From positions 32,001 through 96,000 of IMG/VR virus record IMGVR_UViG_3300042867_001289: a stretch of DNA of 64,000 nucleotides; one strand, 5' to 3'. The notes under the pieces are model-generated. The model saw nothing but the letters and a program-made list of their open reading frames with translations. It made no database searches and had not been told where the DNA came from. The DNA comes from a virus. The position numbers were made by a program, and so were the translations under genes. Shown here piece after piece: positions 26,489 to 34,744 of the stretch (the first letter of the stretch is position 1; each line of letters opens with the position of its first letter).

Positions 26489-26569
26489 GAACCTTCTCAG
26501 TGTCCCCCTTGACAAGCAGTCGGGGGGACACTACAATGTACACATACCAACCAACAAGGAGCCAAAACA

Positions 26570-27022
26570 ATGGAAATACGATTCGAACTATGGCAAGCAT
26601 TCGACGATGAAGACTTCTTCTCCCGTCGCACACCCTGCCCAATGCGCCCACAATACTCAGGAATGATCGAATTCAATGCCGGACCAGACGGCAAGCTGCC
26701 AGTCTACCCAACACTCGACAAGCTGTTCGAGATGTTCAACATCAACCACCCCCACGACTTCACCGGACACTCATTGAGCGTTCACGACATCGTCGTCCTA
26801 GGTGAAACGTCTTACCAGTGCATGCCAATCGGATGGGAAATCTGCTCAGCACCTTCAATCAAAGGGCCAGCAGACGTTGTTGAACTGCCCTTCATGGACC
26901 CTCGGGCCACAGTCTGTGGACACTGCAGACGAGGATGGGACGACACCGTAGCCACAGGCTGGACACCCGTACCATCCGGCAGGTGCCCATTCGAGTACGA
27001 GCATGAGTACGAGGATGACTAA
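26570..27022 (+). CDS. YodL-like domain protein with C-terminal Cys motif
   Basis: LFEMFN..HP.DF.GHSLSV.DIVVL....Y.C..IGW. Confidence 0.75.
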   Translation: MEIRFELWQAFDDEDFFSRRTPCPMRPQYSGMIEFNAGPDGKLPVYPTLDKLFEMFNINHPHDFTGHSLSVHDIVVLGETSYQCMPIGWEICSAPSIKGPADVVELPFMDPRATVCGHCRRGWDDTVATGWTPVPSGRCPFEYEHEYEDD

Positions 27023-27217
27023 TCCTGGGCACGTCCGGGGCTGGTCGCATTATCGACACTAGCCCCCGACGGCCTGCACTGGGCGAGCCACACGCCCGCC
27101 ATTAGGGTAGCCGACAAAATGCCCCCTGAGCGAATACTTATTAACTTTGTTCAACAAATTGACTAAAGTCCTACATTTTGCTATCATGTACACATACCAA
27201 CTACTAAGGAGCTAACA

Positions 27218-27817
27218 ATGCTTTATAACAACTACACAGTAATGCCCTCACATTCTTCCAATTTGGAAAACGTCGAATTTATCAACGTTGACTCAGGCCT
27301 AAATGAGAGCACCGGCTATACCGCCACGATCACATTCACCGACCTGCCAGACAACCTACTGACGGGATTCGAGGTCCAACGAGCCATCTCTCAGGCCCTC
27401 CAAAATGACGAATACCATCTGATGGTAACTTGCTTCGGGCCAGAGGCTCCGCTGAGCGACGAAATCTTCGGTCAGATCTTCGAGGGTTACCTCACAGCAG
27501 CCGCATGGCTATCCGTTGACGACACTGGGGCTGGAACTTTCATGCAGTCCGGCAACTTCGACGAGCGAGCAAGAACGCATGCTCTGGGCGAGCTACAGGA
27601 TTTCCTGGGCCTAGCCTCTGTCGATGTTAGGGAATACCTTTCAACGAATCAGCCAGAGCAACTAGGGCACGATTTCTTCCTAACTCGGAATCGTCACGGT
27701 GCCGGATTCTGGGATCGTGGACTAGGTGACCTTGGTCAACGTCTTACCGAGGCTTCCCATACTTATGGTGAGACCAATTACTACGTTGACGAGACCGGTA
27801 ACATTACGTCTTACTGA
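27218..27817 (+). CDS. conserved phage hypothetical protein, 199 aa
   Basis: GHDFFLTRNRHGAGFWDRG motif. Confidence 0.8.
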   Translation: MLYNNYTVMPSHSSNLENVEFINVDSGLNESTGYTATITFTDLPDNLLTGFEVQRAISQALQNDEYHLMVTCFGPEAPLSDEIFGQIFEGYLTAAAWLSVDDTGAGTFMQSGNFDERARTHALGELQDFLGLASVDVREYLSTNQPEQLGHDFFLTRNRHGAGFWDRGLGDLGQRLTEASHTYGETNYYVDETGNITSY

Positions 27818-27964
27818 GAATTCTGTCAGGTTGCATCACATCCTGTGCTCTGCTTCAGCCCCTGACAGCTAGGGTCAGATCGGCTCCCCGCTGGTCTGGC
27901 CCGACTTGACAAAGCAAATACTACCTGCTATTATGTACACATACCAACCAACAAGGAGCCAGCA

Positions 27965-28225
27965 ATGAACGAAGTAATCGCAGTATTCAGCCAGAGTGAG
28001 CTTACTAGACTCAAATTGGCCGTCATGGACAGAAGAGACAAGCTAAGAGAATGCGCAGACCCAAGGTCTTCAGACATGGAAGAGCTTGGAGAGAAGCTGA
28101 ATCAAATAGAAAGTCGAAATGACATGCGGGATCGGGCAGATCAATGGGATCTACTTGAGGCTATAGAGAAGTCCGATTACTTCGCCATCAAAGCAGAGGC
28201 TAGAGCCCAGTCAATGCCAATTTGA
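27965..28225 (+). CDS. hypothetical protein, 86 aa
   Basis: Cassette promoter, leader and RBS. Confidence 0.7.
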   Translation: MNEVIAVFSQSELTRLKLAVMDRRDKLRECADPRSSDMEELGEKLNQIESRNDMRDRADQWDLLEAIEKSDYFAIKAEARAQSMPI

Positions 28226-28282
28226 CAAAGTGGCTAGTAGCTGCTACACTGTACACATACCAACAAACACAAGGAGCCAGTA

Positions 28283-28462
28283 ATGAACGTAAACGAATTT
28301 TTAGAAGCAGTAATGACACCGCAATACCATGCGGCCATCCAAGAAGTCTTCGAGACAATCCTGCCCGAGATGTACGACGGCACACTGCCCGACACGATTC
28401 TGGCAGCCATGCAAGACATCAGCTGGGAATTTGGAATCGAATTCAACGGGGAGATGCTGTAA
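28283..28462 (+). CDS. 59-aa acidic microprotein
   Basis: MNVNEFLEAV...EFNGEML; cassette promoter and AAGGAG. Confidence 0.65.
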   Translation: MNVNEFLEAVMTPQYHAAIQEVFETILPEMYDGTLPDTILAAMQDISWEFGIEFNGEML

Positions 28463-28725
28463 TGTCTAACAAATATGAAGTATCAGTACATACGCCACAC
28501 CCAAGCATGGAAAATCGCCTTGCACCGGGCTACTGGCGAGCAAACCAAGAGAATGTTGACCAAATGTTCGATGCAGGAGCAACAGAAATAGGTCTTTATG
28601 TTGTTCTAGATGGCGGCAACCGCAGATTTGTGAAGCGGATTTCTGAAGCTTCACGATTTGCTGACGCTCTACGCTTTGCGTACAAGCGGTACGCTCCTTC
28701 TAGTTCTAGAAGAGCATTTTCTTAA
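28462..28725 (+). CDS. hypothetical protein, 87 aa
   Basis: TAATG overlap, MSNKYEVSV... Confidence 0.6.
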   Translation: MSNKYEVSVHTPHPSMENRLAPGYWRANQENVDQMFDAGATEIGLYVVLDGGNRRFVKRISEASRFADALRFAYKRYAPSSSRRAFS

Positions 28726-28843
28726 GAACGTTCCTGATCCCTATACCCGATCAGGAGCTAGTCCTCGGCACCACTGGCCTCCTCTCTCTCAGAGGTGCCG
28801 GGGCTATTTTTAAAAGAGCTTGACCCCGCCCTAGCGTACCGTC

Positions 28844-29260
28844 CTACGCTACGGTGGTGCGGTCAGCATCAGCAACGCGGGGGGAAGTCGATGGCTCCTC
28901 TTCCCTCCGCCTTGCTATTTCCAGAATCTGATGAACCCGTTGGCGTGATAGACCATAGGTCTCCCCAATGACTTGCAAGGTCACACCACTTGACCGCATC
29001 GCCACAATCTCAGTGTTACGGCCTGACTTAGACTTAGGACCAGGCTGAAGAACCCAAGCCCAATCTGCGCGGCCTTCAAGAGCAATGATCATGTCTTGCT
29101 GTAGCTCGCCTAGGCGGTAGTATGTGCGAATCGAGGATACCCACCGCCCTAGTGGTACAGTGCCCTCCATGTGCTTCACAGGGACTCTAGCGGTGCCTTC
29201 TCGGTCGATATAGGTATCAAGTGCTTCTAGGTACTTTGTTGCTTTGTTTAGTGATTTCAT
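28844..29260 (-). CDS. helicase-associated (HA) domain plus sigma70 region 4-like HTH protein
   Basis: VP..H.E...LGRWV...R..Y..G.L....I..LE..W.W; TLQVIGETYGLSRQRVHQIL. Confidence 0.75.
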   Translation of the reverse strand: MKSLNKATKYLEALDTYIDREGTARVPVKHMEGTVPLGRWVSSIRTYYRLGELQQDMIIALEGRADWAWVLQPGPKSKSGRNTEIVAMRSSGVTLQVIGETYGLSRQRVHQILEIARRREEEPSTSPRVADADRTTVA

Positions 29261-29372
29261 ACTGCCATGTTACATCATCTAGATGACTTTGTAAAGCCAT
29301 ACCGCAGCATCAACTTGACAACCCCTGTTTCAACATATACAATACCCACCTACAACAAACGAAAAGAGCCAA

Positions 29373-29702
29373 ATGGAATTCATCCTAGCTGAACTAAACA
29401 ACGAAGAAACGCAATCATCAGCACTCGTAGTCGCCGCACCAAAAGCAGAAGACTCCAGACAAAAAATGATTGCCTACCCCACACCCCTAACCCCAGACTA
29501 CGAAATGCGATTCATCATCGCCATCGACGACAACATCGTCAACGAAGTAATCGAACGAGACGCAGAAAACGGTGACACACAATCATGGGATCGCATGATG
29601 GAAGCAGCCTGCTCCCTCGCCCAACACAACACCGAAACCCAACTCAAAGCAAAACAATGGTCCATCCACGAACAGGACAACAAAAATGACTACAACGAAT
29701 AA
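29373..29702 (+). CDS. hypothetical protein, 109 aa
   Basis: TTGACA-TACAAT promoter; first gene of replication cluster. Confidence 0.65.
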   Translation: MEFILAELNNEETQSSALVVAAPKAEDSRQKMIAYPTPLTPDYEMRFIIAIDDNIVNEVIERDAENGDTQSWDRMMEAACSLAQHNTETQLKAKQWSIHEQDNKNDYNE

Positions 29703-30018
29703 AGAAACACAAGAAACACAAGACACCAACCAACACGTCGCAACCGTATTCGAATACTGGGTATCCAAAACATGGACAGGCCGCGGTGTCTACCCCGTAC
29801 TCTCAGAAAAGCGACGCAAACTAATCCAACGCTGCATCAAAACCTACGGATTCGAAGCAGCCCTAGCAGTAGTAGACGGAGCCATAGCCTCAGACTGGCA
29901 CACAGGGTCAAACCCAAGTGGCAAACGCTACCTCTCCATCGAACTACTCTACCGAGACGCAGAACACATCGAGTCATTCGTCGAAAACGCAGAAGAAGCC
30001 AACGGAGAACCCTTCTAA
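29686..30018 (+). CDS. putative replication initiation/organizer protein fragment
   Basis: KRRKLI...SDWH.G.N..GK.Y..IELL.RD pattern; lies upstream of loader and primase. Confidence 0.5.
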   Translation: MTTTNKETQETQDTNQHVATVFEYWVSKTWTGRGVYPVLSEKRRKLIQRCIKTYGFEAALAVVDGAIASDWHTGSNPSGKRYLSIELLYRDAEHIESFVENAEEANGEPF

Positions 30019-30461
30019 TGAACAAAGAAGAAACAGTCGCAATCGTCGAACGCGTCTGGGCATCATGGGGGTCCCGACCCGAAAACCCAGAAGAACGCAA
30101 ACAAACCTACGCCGCATGGTTCGAAATCCTCAGCGACATCGAACGGGACCTCGTAGCACAAACTGTCAACGACCTCATCACGGCAGACGGCTACAAGCCC
30201 CGACCAGGGACAGTGCGCCGCAAAGTGCTCCTCAAAGGCAGAGAAGCCCCGACAAAGGCCGAAGCATGGAACGAAGCGCAGAAGCTTCGCCAGTCGCTCC
30301 TCACCGGAAACAACGCCCCGGCAGTCCACCCACTTACCCTAGCTACAATAAACAAGATTGGGTCCGTCGCCGATCTCAACACCGGGGCTGACAGAGAGTT
30401 CTTCCTCAACACCTACACCGAAACCGTCAACGCCTGGGAAGCAGAGATAACGGGACTATGA
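30018..30461 (+). CDS. G39P-like replicative helicase loader/inhibitor
   Basis: MNKEET..I...W...W.EILSD....V...V......P.P pattern and position. Confidence 0.55.
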   Translation: MNKEETVAIVERVWASWGSRPENPEERKQTYAAWFEILSDIERDLVAQTVNDLITADGYKPRPGTVRRKVLLKGREAPTKAEAWNEAQKLRQSLLTGNNAPAVHPLTLATINKIGSVADLNTGADREFFLNTYTETVNAWEAEITGL

Positions 30462-32164
30462 ACCCAATAGACACAGTACTAACTAGCCTCCAAGGAGTGA
30501 AAAAAGTTGGAGAATCAGCATGGTCAGCAAAATGCCCGTGCCGTAACGACGACGACAACCCCAGCCTTTCCATCGGAATAGGCCGAGACAACAGGGTTCT
30601 ACTTAACTGCCACCGCGGTAACGGCGGCTGCGACACCAACCAAATCTGCGACTCAATAGGACTAACCATGACAGACCTCTACGAAAAGAAATCAGAGCCA
30701 CGAGAAACCCTCACGCTCACCAACACCTACCTGTACACCAACGAAGAAGGCGAAGTCCTTTTCCGCAAACTCCGATTCAAAGACAGTGCAGGTAAAAAAA
30801 CTTTCCGGCAGCAACACCCAGAAGGAAACGAATGGGTCTCAGGGCGCGCCGGGGCTGACCCCGTCCTCTACCGTCTACCCGCAGTCAAACAAGCCATCTC
30901 CGACCGTGCCGACATCTGGGTATGCGAAGGCGAAAAAGATGTCGACGCAGTAACCGAAGCGGGACGGTGCGGAACAACAATGCCCGACGGGGCTGGCAAA
31001 TGGAAACCAATCCACACAGCCCAAATTGCCGGGGCTCGCAGGGTAGTTATCGTCGCAGATAACGACCCCATCGGGACTGAGCACGCATGGGCCGTACACG
31101 ACGCCATCGTCGGGGCTGTCGAGAAAGTCATTGTCGTCTCAGCCCCGCAAGGCAAAGATGCTTACGATTTTATTCACGTTCACCGGGGCGACCTAGCCGA
31201 CATGGCACCGCTTGCCCGTCCCGGAGAAACCCAAATTGAAATCCCCACCGGGACTGACGAGTTCAGTGAGATCGCCAGGGGGATCGCAGACCTCGTAAAG
31301 TCCGACGCCCCGCTCACATCCAAATTGATGAGAGCCAGGAACCTGATTGATCGTGCCGAGGTAGATGGCATTCAGCAGGATGGCAGGCTTGTCACCTGGA
31401 CTGACTTCGTAAACGAAATTGAAGACGACAAATATGATTGGGTTATCCCAGGGGTTCTCGAACGGCAAGAACGAGTGATCGTCGTCGCCGCCGAAGGTGT
31501 AGGTAAAACAACTCTTGCCCGTCAAATTGCGATTTGTACCGCAGCAGGGATACAGCCATTCACCCGATCAGGGATGGCCCCCATCAGAACACTGTTCGTC
31601 GACCTCGAAAACCCTGAAAGAATTATCAGGAGAATGTCCAGGAAGATTGTTGCAGCAGCAGAACACTACCGGCCCCACAAAGGAGCCCCAATCAACGCAC
31701 ACCTCCTCATGAAACCCGACGGGATGAATCTCCTCGAAGCAGCAGACCGCATCCTCCTAGAAGAAACCATCGAACGAACCCAACCAGACCTGCTAGTCCT
31801 GGGGCCCCTGTACAAATCGTTTATCGATCCAGGCGGCAAAACATCCGAATCGGTCGCAGTCGCAGTAGCCAAATATCTTGACTACATCAGGTGGACATAC
31901 GACTGTGCACTCTGGTTAGAACACCACGCCCCGCTAGGCGGTTCCGGTGGCAGAGACATGCGCCCCTTCGGTTCCGCTGTGTGGTCCCGCTGGCCCGAAT
32001 TCGGTTTGACAATCGAACCCGATCTCACCTCAGCTGAAGTAAACCATTTTAAGATTGGCACTTTCCGAGGCTCACGGGACGTCCGCCACTGGCCAACCAA
32101 AATGCGGTGGGGATCGACACTCCCATTCGAAGCTTTAGAGTATTCGACAACCGGCGACAATTGA
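30458..32164 (+). CDS. bifunctional DNA primase (Zn finger + TOPRIM)/RepA-type helicase
   Basis: CPC..D..PSL, CEGEKD, DND..G, KD.YD; Walker A AAEGVGKT; DLEN. Confidence 0.9.
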   Translation: MNPIDTVLTSLQGVKKVGESAWSAKCPCRNDDDNPSLSIGIGRDNRVLLNCHRGNGGCDTNQICDSIGLTMTDLYEKKSEPRETLTLTNTYLYTNEEGEVLFRKLRFKDSAGKKTFRQQHPEGNEWVSGRAGADPVLYRLPAVKQAISDRADIWVCEGEKDVDAVTEAGRCGTTMPDGAGKWKPIHTAQIAGARRVVIVADNDPIGTEHAWAVHDAIVGAVEKVIVVSAPQGKDAYDFIHVHRGDLADMAPLARPGETQIEIPTGTDEFSEIARGIADLVKSDAPLTSKLMRARNLIDRAEVDGIQQDGRLVTWTDFVNEIEDDKYDWVIPGVLERQERVIVVAAEGVGKTTLARQIAICTAAGIQPFTRSGMAPIRTLFVDLENPERIIRRMSRKIVAAAEHYRPHKGAPINAHLLMKPDGMNLLEAADRILLEETIERTQPDLLVLGPLYKSFIDPGGKTSESVAVAVAKYLDYIRWTYDCALWLEHHAPLGGSGGRDMRPFGSAVWSRWPEFGLTIEPDLTSAEVNHFKIGTFRGSRDVRHWPTKMRWGSTLPFEALEYSTTGDN

Positions 32165-32178
32165 TGTAAACTCTGATC

Positions 32179-32784
32179 ATGTCTGACGCCATGTCAAGAG
32201 AATTCCTCGCAGAGCGGGATCTCATGATCCTCCAAATGAAAAAAGCCGGAGCATCAGAATCCGAAATCGCCAAACGATTCCGCATCGGACTAGGCGCAGT
32301 CAGATCCGCGTTACAACGCCAACTAGAACAACTCAACCGGCAAGCCATGCTCGCCTACCCAGAAGTCCTACGAATGGAACTAGAACGCCTGGACTCCCTC
32401 CAGAAAGCCCTGTGGCCCCTCACACAGATGAGACGGGTAACTACCGACGACGGCTCCGAAGTCACGTTAGAACCCGATATAAGGGCCACACAGCAAGTTC
32501 TGGCGATCATGGCGAGCAGAGCAAAACTTATGGGACTAGAACAAGCATCCAAAATGGACATCAGAGTCGACGTACCCCAAGTCAACACACCCCAACTACA
32601 CGGGGCTCAACAAGCCGAAAGCATCACAACGTTCAGCCCCGAAAACGAAGCACGCCAACTCCTCGGCCTCATGATCCAAGCCGGAGTTATGGACGATTCC
32701 GTAGAACACCTCCTAGCAATAGAAGCCCCGGTAGATGTAGAAGACGCCGAAATTGTAGAACAAGTAGAACAAGAGGAAACATGA
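32179..32784 (+). CDS. HTH protein, terminase small subunit-like
   Basis: N-terminal HTH, ELERLD.L...LW, L.IM..RAKLMGL. Confidence 0.6.
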   Translation: MSDAMSREFLAERDLMILQMKKAGASESEIAKRFRIGLGAVRSALQRQLEQLNRQAMLAYPEVLRMELERLDSLQKALWPLTQMRRVTTDDGSEVTLEPDIRATQQVLAIMASRAKLMGLEQASKMDIRVDVPQVNTPQLHGAQQAESITTFSPENEARQLLGLMIQAGVMDDSVEHLLAIEAPVDVEDAEIVEQVEQEET

Positions 32785-33104
32785 GCCCCGACGAACCCGT
32801 CATCTACAACGACAACCTGGGTCCCGCAATGGACAAAGTCGCCGAAACCCTAAACCCCACCATAAGCAAACCAGGCAAAAAAGGCAGCCCCGCCCAAGCA
32901 CAAATCCTCGTAAGAGTAACCACAGAAACCCGGGACCGCTGGAAACAAGCCGCAGAACACTCAGGCAAACCAGTCTCAGACTTCATCAGAGACCTCGTCA
33001 ACGGGGCTGCCGACGAAATCCTCGACTGCTCCCACCCACAAAACATGAGACGCTGGAACATCCGCCACGAATACTGCCTCAAATGCGGGAAACAACTCCG
33101 ATGA
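32781..33104 (+). CDS. ribbon-helix-helix protein with C-terminal Cys/His motif
   Basis: ILVRVT...RDRWK.AAE..G..VSDFIR; CSH...CLKCG. Confidence 0.7.
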   Translation: MSPDEPVIYNDNLGPAMDKVAETLNPTISKPGKKGSPAQAQILVRVTTETRDRWKQAAEHSGKPVSDFIRDLVNGAADEILDCSHPQNMRRWNIRHEYCLKCGKQLR

Positions 33105-33268
33105 TGCCCCGCAGACCAGGCCGACCCCCAGAAGCCCCGACAAAAGAAATCTGTGCGATAACCCTGAGAGTCCCGGCAGCAGTCAAAACACACCTGATAG
33201 AACAATCAGAAGCCCTGGATATTTCTATTAACGAATATATGATTATGCTTATAGAGCGTTCTAGGTGA
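33101..33268 (+). CDS. small ribbon-helix-helix protein with AT-hook-like motif
   Basis: RRPGRPP; ITLRVP...K..L...SINEY. Confidence 0.7.
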   Translation: MMPRRPGRPPEAPTKEICAITLRVPAAVKTHLIEQSEALDISINEYMIMLIERSR

Positions 33269-33615
33269 GTCGGGTTCCTGAGAGGGCTACGACCGAAGGG
33301 CAAGTGTACCTACAGATCAGACTACCTGGGAAGCTTAAGAACCAGGTCATCGACAACGCTGAGAGCTCAAACGTCAGCCTCAACGCCTGGCTGTTGCAAG
33401 CCATCCAGAACATGCTCAGAGACGGCATGCCCGCACCAGCACCCCTGGCTCCGTTGCCTACGCATGTGGATGTGCTGAGGGCGTACTTATCTGGGGAAAC
33501 TCTTATGGGCCCCTGTGGTCAGTTGGCCACCGACTGTGACGCTGTGAACGGTAACAGGTTGACAGCTGATATGAGCTGTCAATGGTGCCAGACATGCGGC
33601 ATCCGTCTCACCTGA
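33265..33615 (+). CDS. ribbon-helix-helix (HicB/Arc-like) protein
   Basis: LQIRLP..LK......A....VSLN.W; C-terminal Cys cluster. Confidence 0.7.
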   Translation: MSRVPERATTEGQVYLQIRLPGKLKNQVIDNAESSNVSLNAWLLQAIQNMLRDGMPAPAPLAPLPTHVDVLRAYLSGETLMGPCGQLATDCDAVNGNRLTADMSCQWCQTCGIRLT

Positions 33616-33712
33616 GGACTCGCATAGTTTTCACCTGTGTAAACATTCAGTACCGTTAACATCTCACTCACAGTGACCAAACCGAACTTACCCGCCCGTG
33701 GCCCCACCCCAT

Positions 33713-33785
33713 AAAACCACACACCGTCACAAAACTTCCAACAAAAACCACACACCGTCACAAAAACCCACACACAGTCACAAAA
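33713..33785 (+). repeat. three direct repeats CACACACMGTCACAAAA
   Basis: Copies at ~33718, 33749, 33769 in intergenic gap between convergent gene blocks. Confidence 0.7.
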
Positions 33786-33830
33786 CCCAACTACTAATCT
33801 CCTACTAACCAACATCAAATTAGTAACAAC

Positions 33831-34022
33831 CTAACAACCACACCCACCCCGACGACCCTCACGCACCACCTGAGACCCCCCAGGAGGCAAAACAGACACC
33901 ACCCTCACAACCACACCACCCACCTCATCAGCCTTCTCCTCAGCCCGAACCCTGGACCCAGACAAAAACTCGCCACCCCCAGGGAGATCCACACGGTACA
34001 TGGTGACCTTCTGCTGTTTCAC
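33831..34022 (-). CDS. hypothetical protein, 63 aa
   Basis: GTGA overlap with whiB-like stop. Confidence 0.5.
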   Translation of the reverse strand: MKQQKVTMYRVDLPGGGEFLSGSRVRAEEKADEVGGVVVRVVSVLPPGGSQVVREGRRGGCGC

Positions 34023-34375
34023 CGGTTATCCCCCCATACCCCGGCGATAGTAGTCCTAGAGGGTCTGATGCCAAGGCGTTTCTGCTCTTTGTCTATCTGC
34101 CTGGAGGTCATCATGGCCCACACGCCGTGCATGTCTGCTGCTGGGAATTCGAGTGCGTAGTCTCTACATTGTCGGAGTACTGGGCATTGTTTGCATATTG
34201 CTCTTGCTTCGGTGATGTATGAGATGTCTTTGTGTTGTTTGGGGAAGAATTTGTTTTGTTTGCCTTTGCAGTTGGCTTGTTCTGTCCAGTGGTCTTTGTG
34301 GGCTTTTGTGTGTATATCAGTTTTGGGTGTGTTTGTGGTGTGGTGTTTTTTGTTTATGTTTGTTAACGGGTTCAT
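34019..34375 (-). CDS. whiB: WhiB family transcription factor
   Basis: W...A.C...FFP...A..IC..CPV...C..YAL...GVW. Confidence 0.9.
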   Translation of the reverse strand: MNPLTNINKKHHTTNTPKTDIHTKAHKDHWTEQANCKGKQNKFFPKQHKDISYITEARAICKQCPVLRQCRDYALEFPAADMHGVWAMMTSRQIDKEQKRLGIRPSRTTIAGVWGDNR

Positions 34376-34435
34376 AGTGTTGTTCCGTGTTCCCGTGTGT
34401 TGGTCATTTTGGGTGTTGTTTTCTTTTCGTGGAGG

Positions 34436-34744
34436 TTATTTGCGGATTGTTCTGATTTGGTGGATGCATCCTATTGGGATGACTATTCCGTTTCCGTGTT
34501 GTTGTCCTGTGAGGGATGCGATTACTTTAATGTATGTGTCGGTTTTTTCCCATAGGTAGCCGATGGTGAGTGCTTTGGGGGGTTGGATGTTGTGTGTGGT
34601 GTCTGGGTCTTCCCAGGATGAGGCTCCTAGTGAGGCTGCGTCTATCCATAGGATTTCTACTAGGGTTGCTGTGCCGTGTTTGGGTTTTGTTGTTTCCCAG
34701 GCGTGGTCTAGTATTGATTGTGTTTTTTCTGTTGGTGTTGTCAT
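34436..34744 (-). CDS. conserved phage hypothetical protein, 102 aa
   Basis: VEI.W.DA...TIGYL...IP.GCI motif; starts at overlap with upstream stop. Confidence 0.7.
   Translation of the reverse strand: MTTPTEKTQSILDHAWETTKPKHGTATLVEILWIDAASLGASSWEDPDTTHNIQPPKALTIGYLWEKTDTYIKVIASLTGQQHGNGIVIPIGCIHQIRTIRK

Noticed and set aside
29772-30017. N-terminal extensions of ORFs 29772-30461 and 32412-33104
   Set aside because: They overlap upstream genes in another frame; coupled starts at 30018 and 32781 fit better
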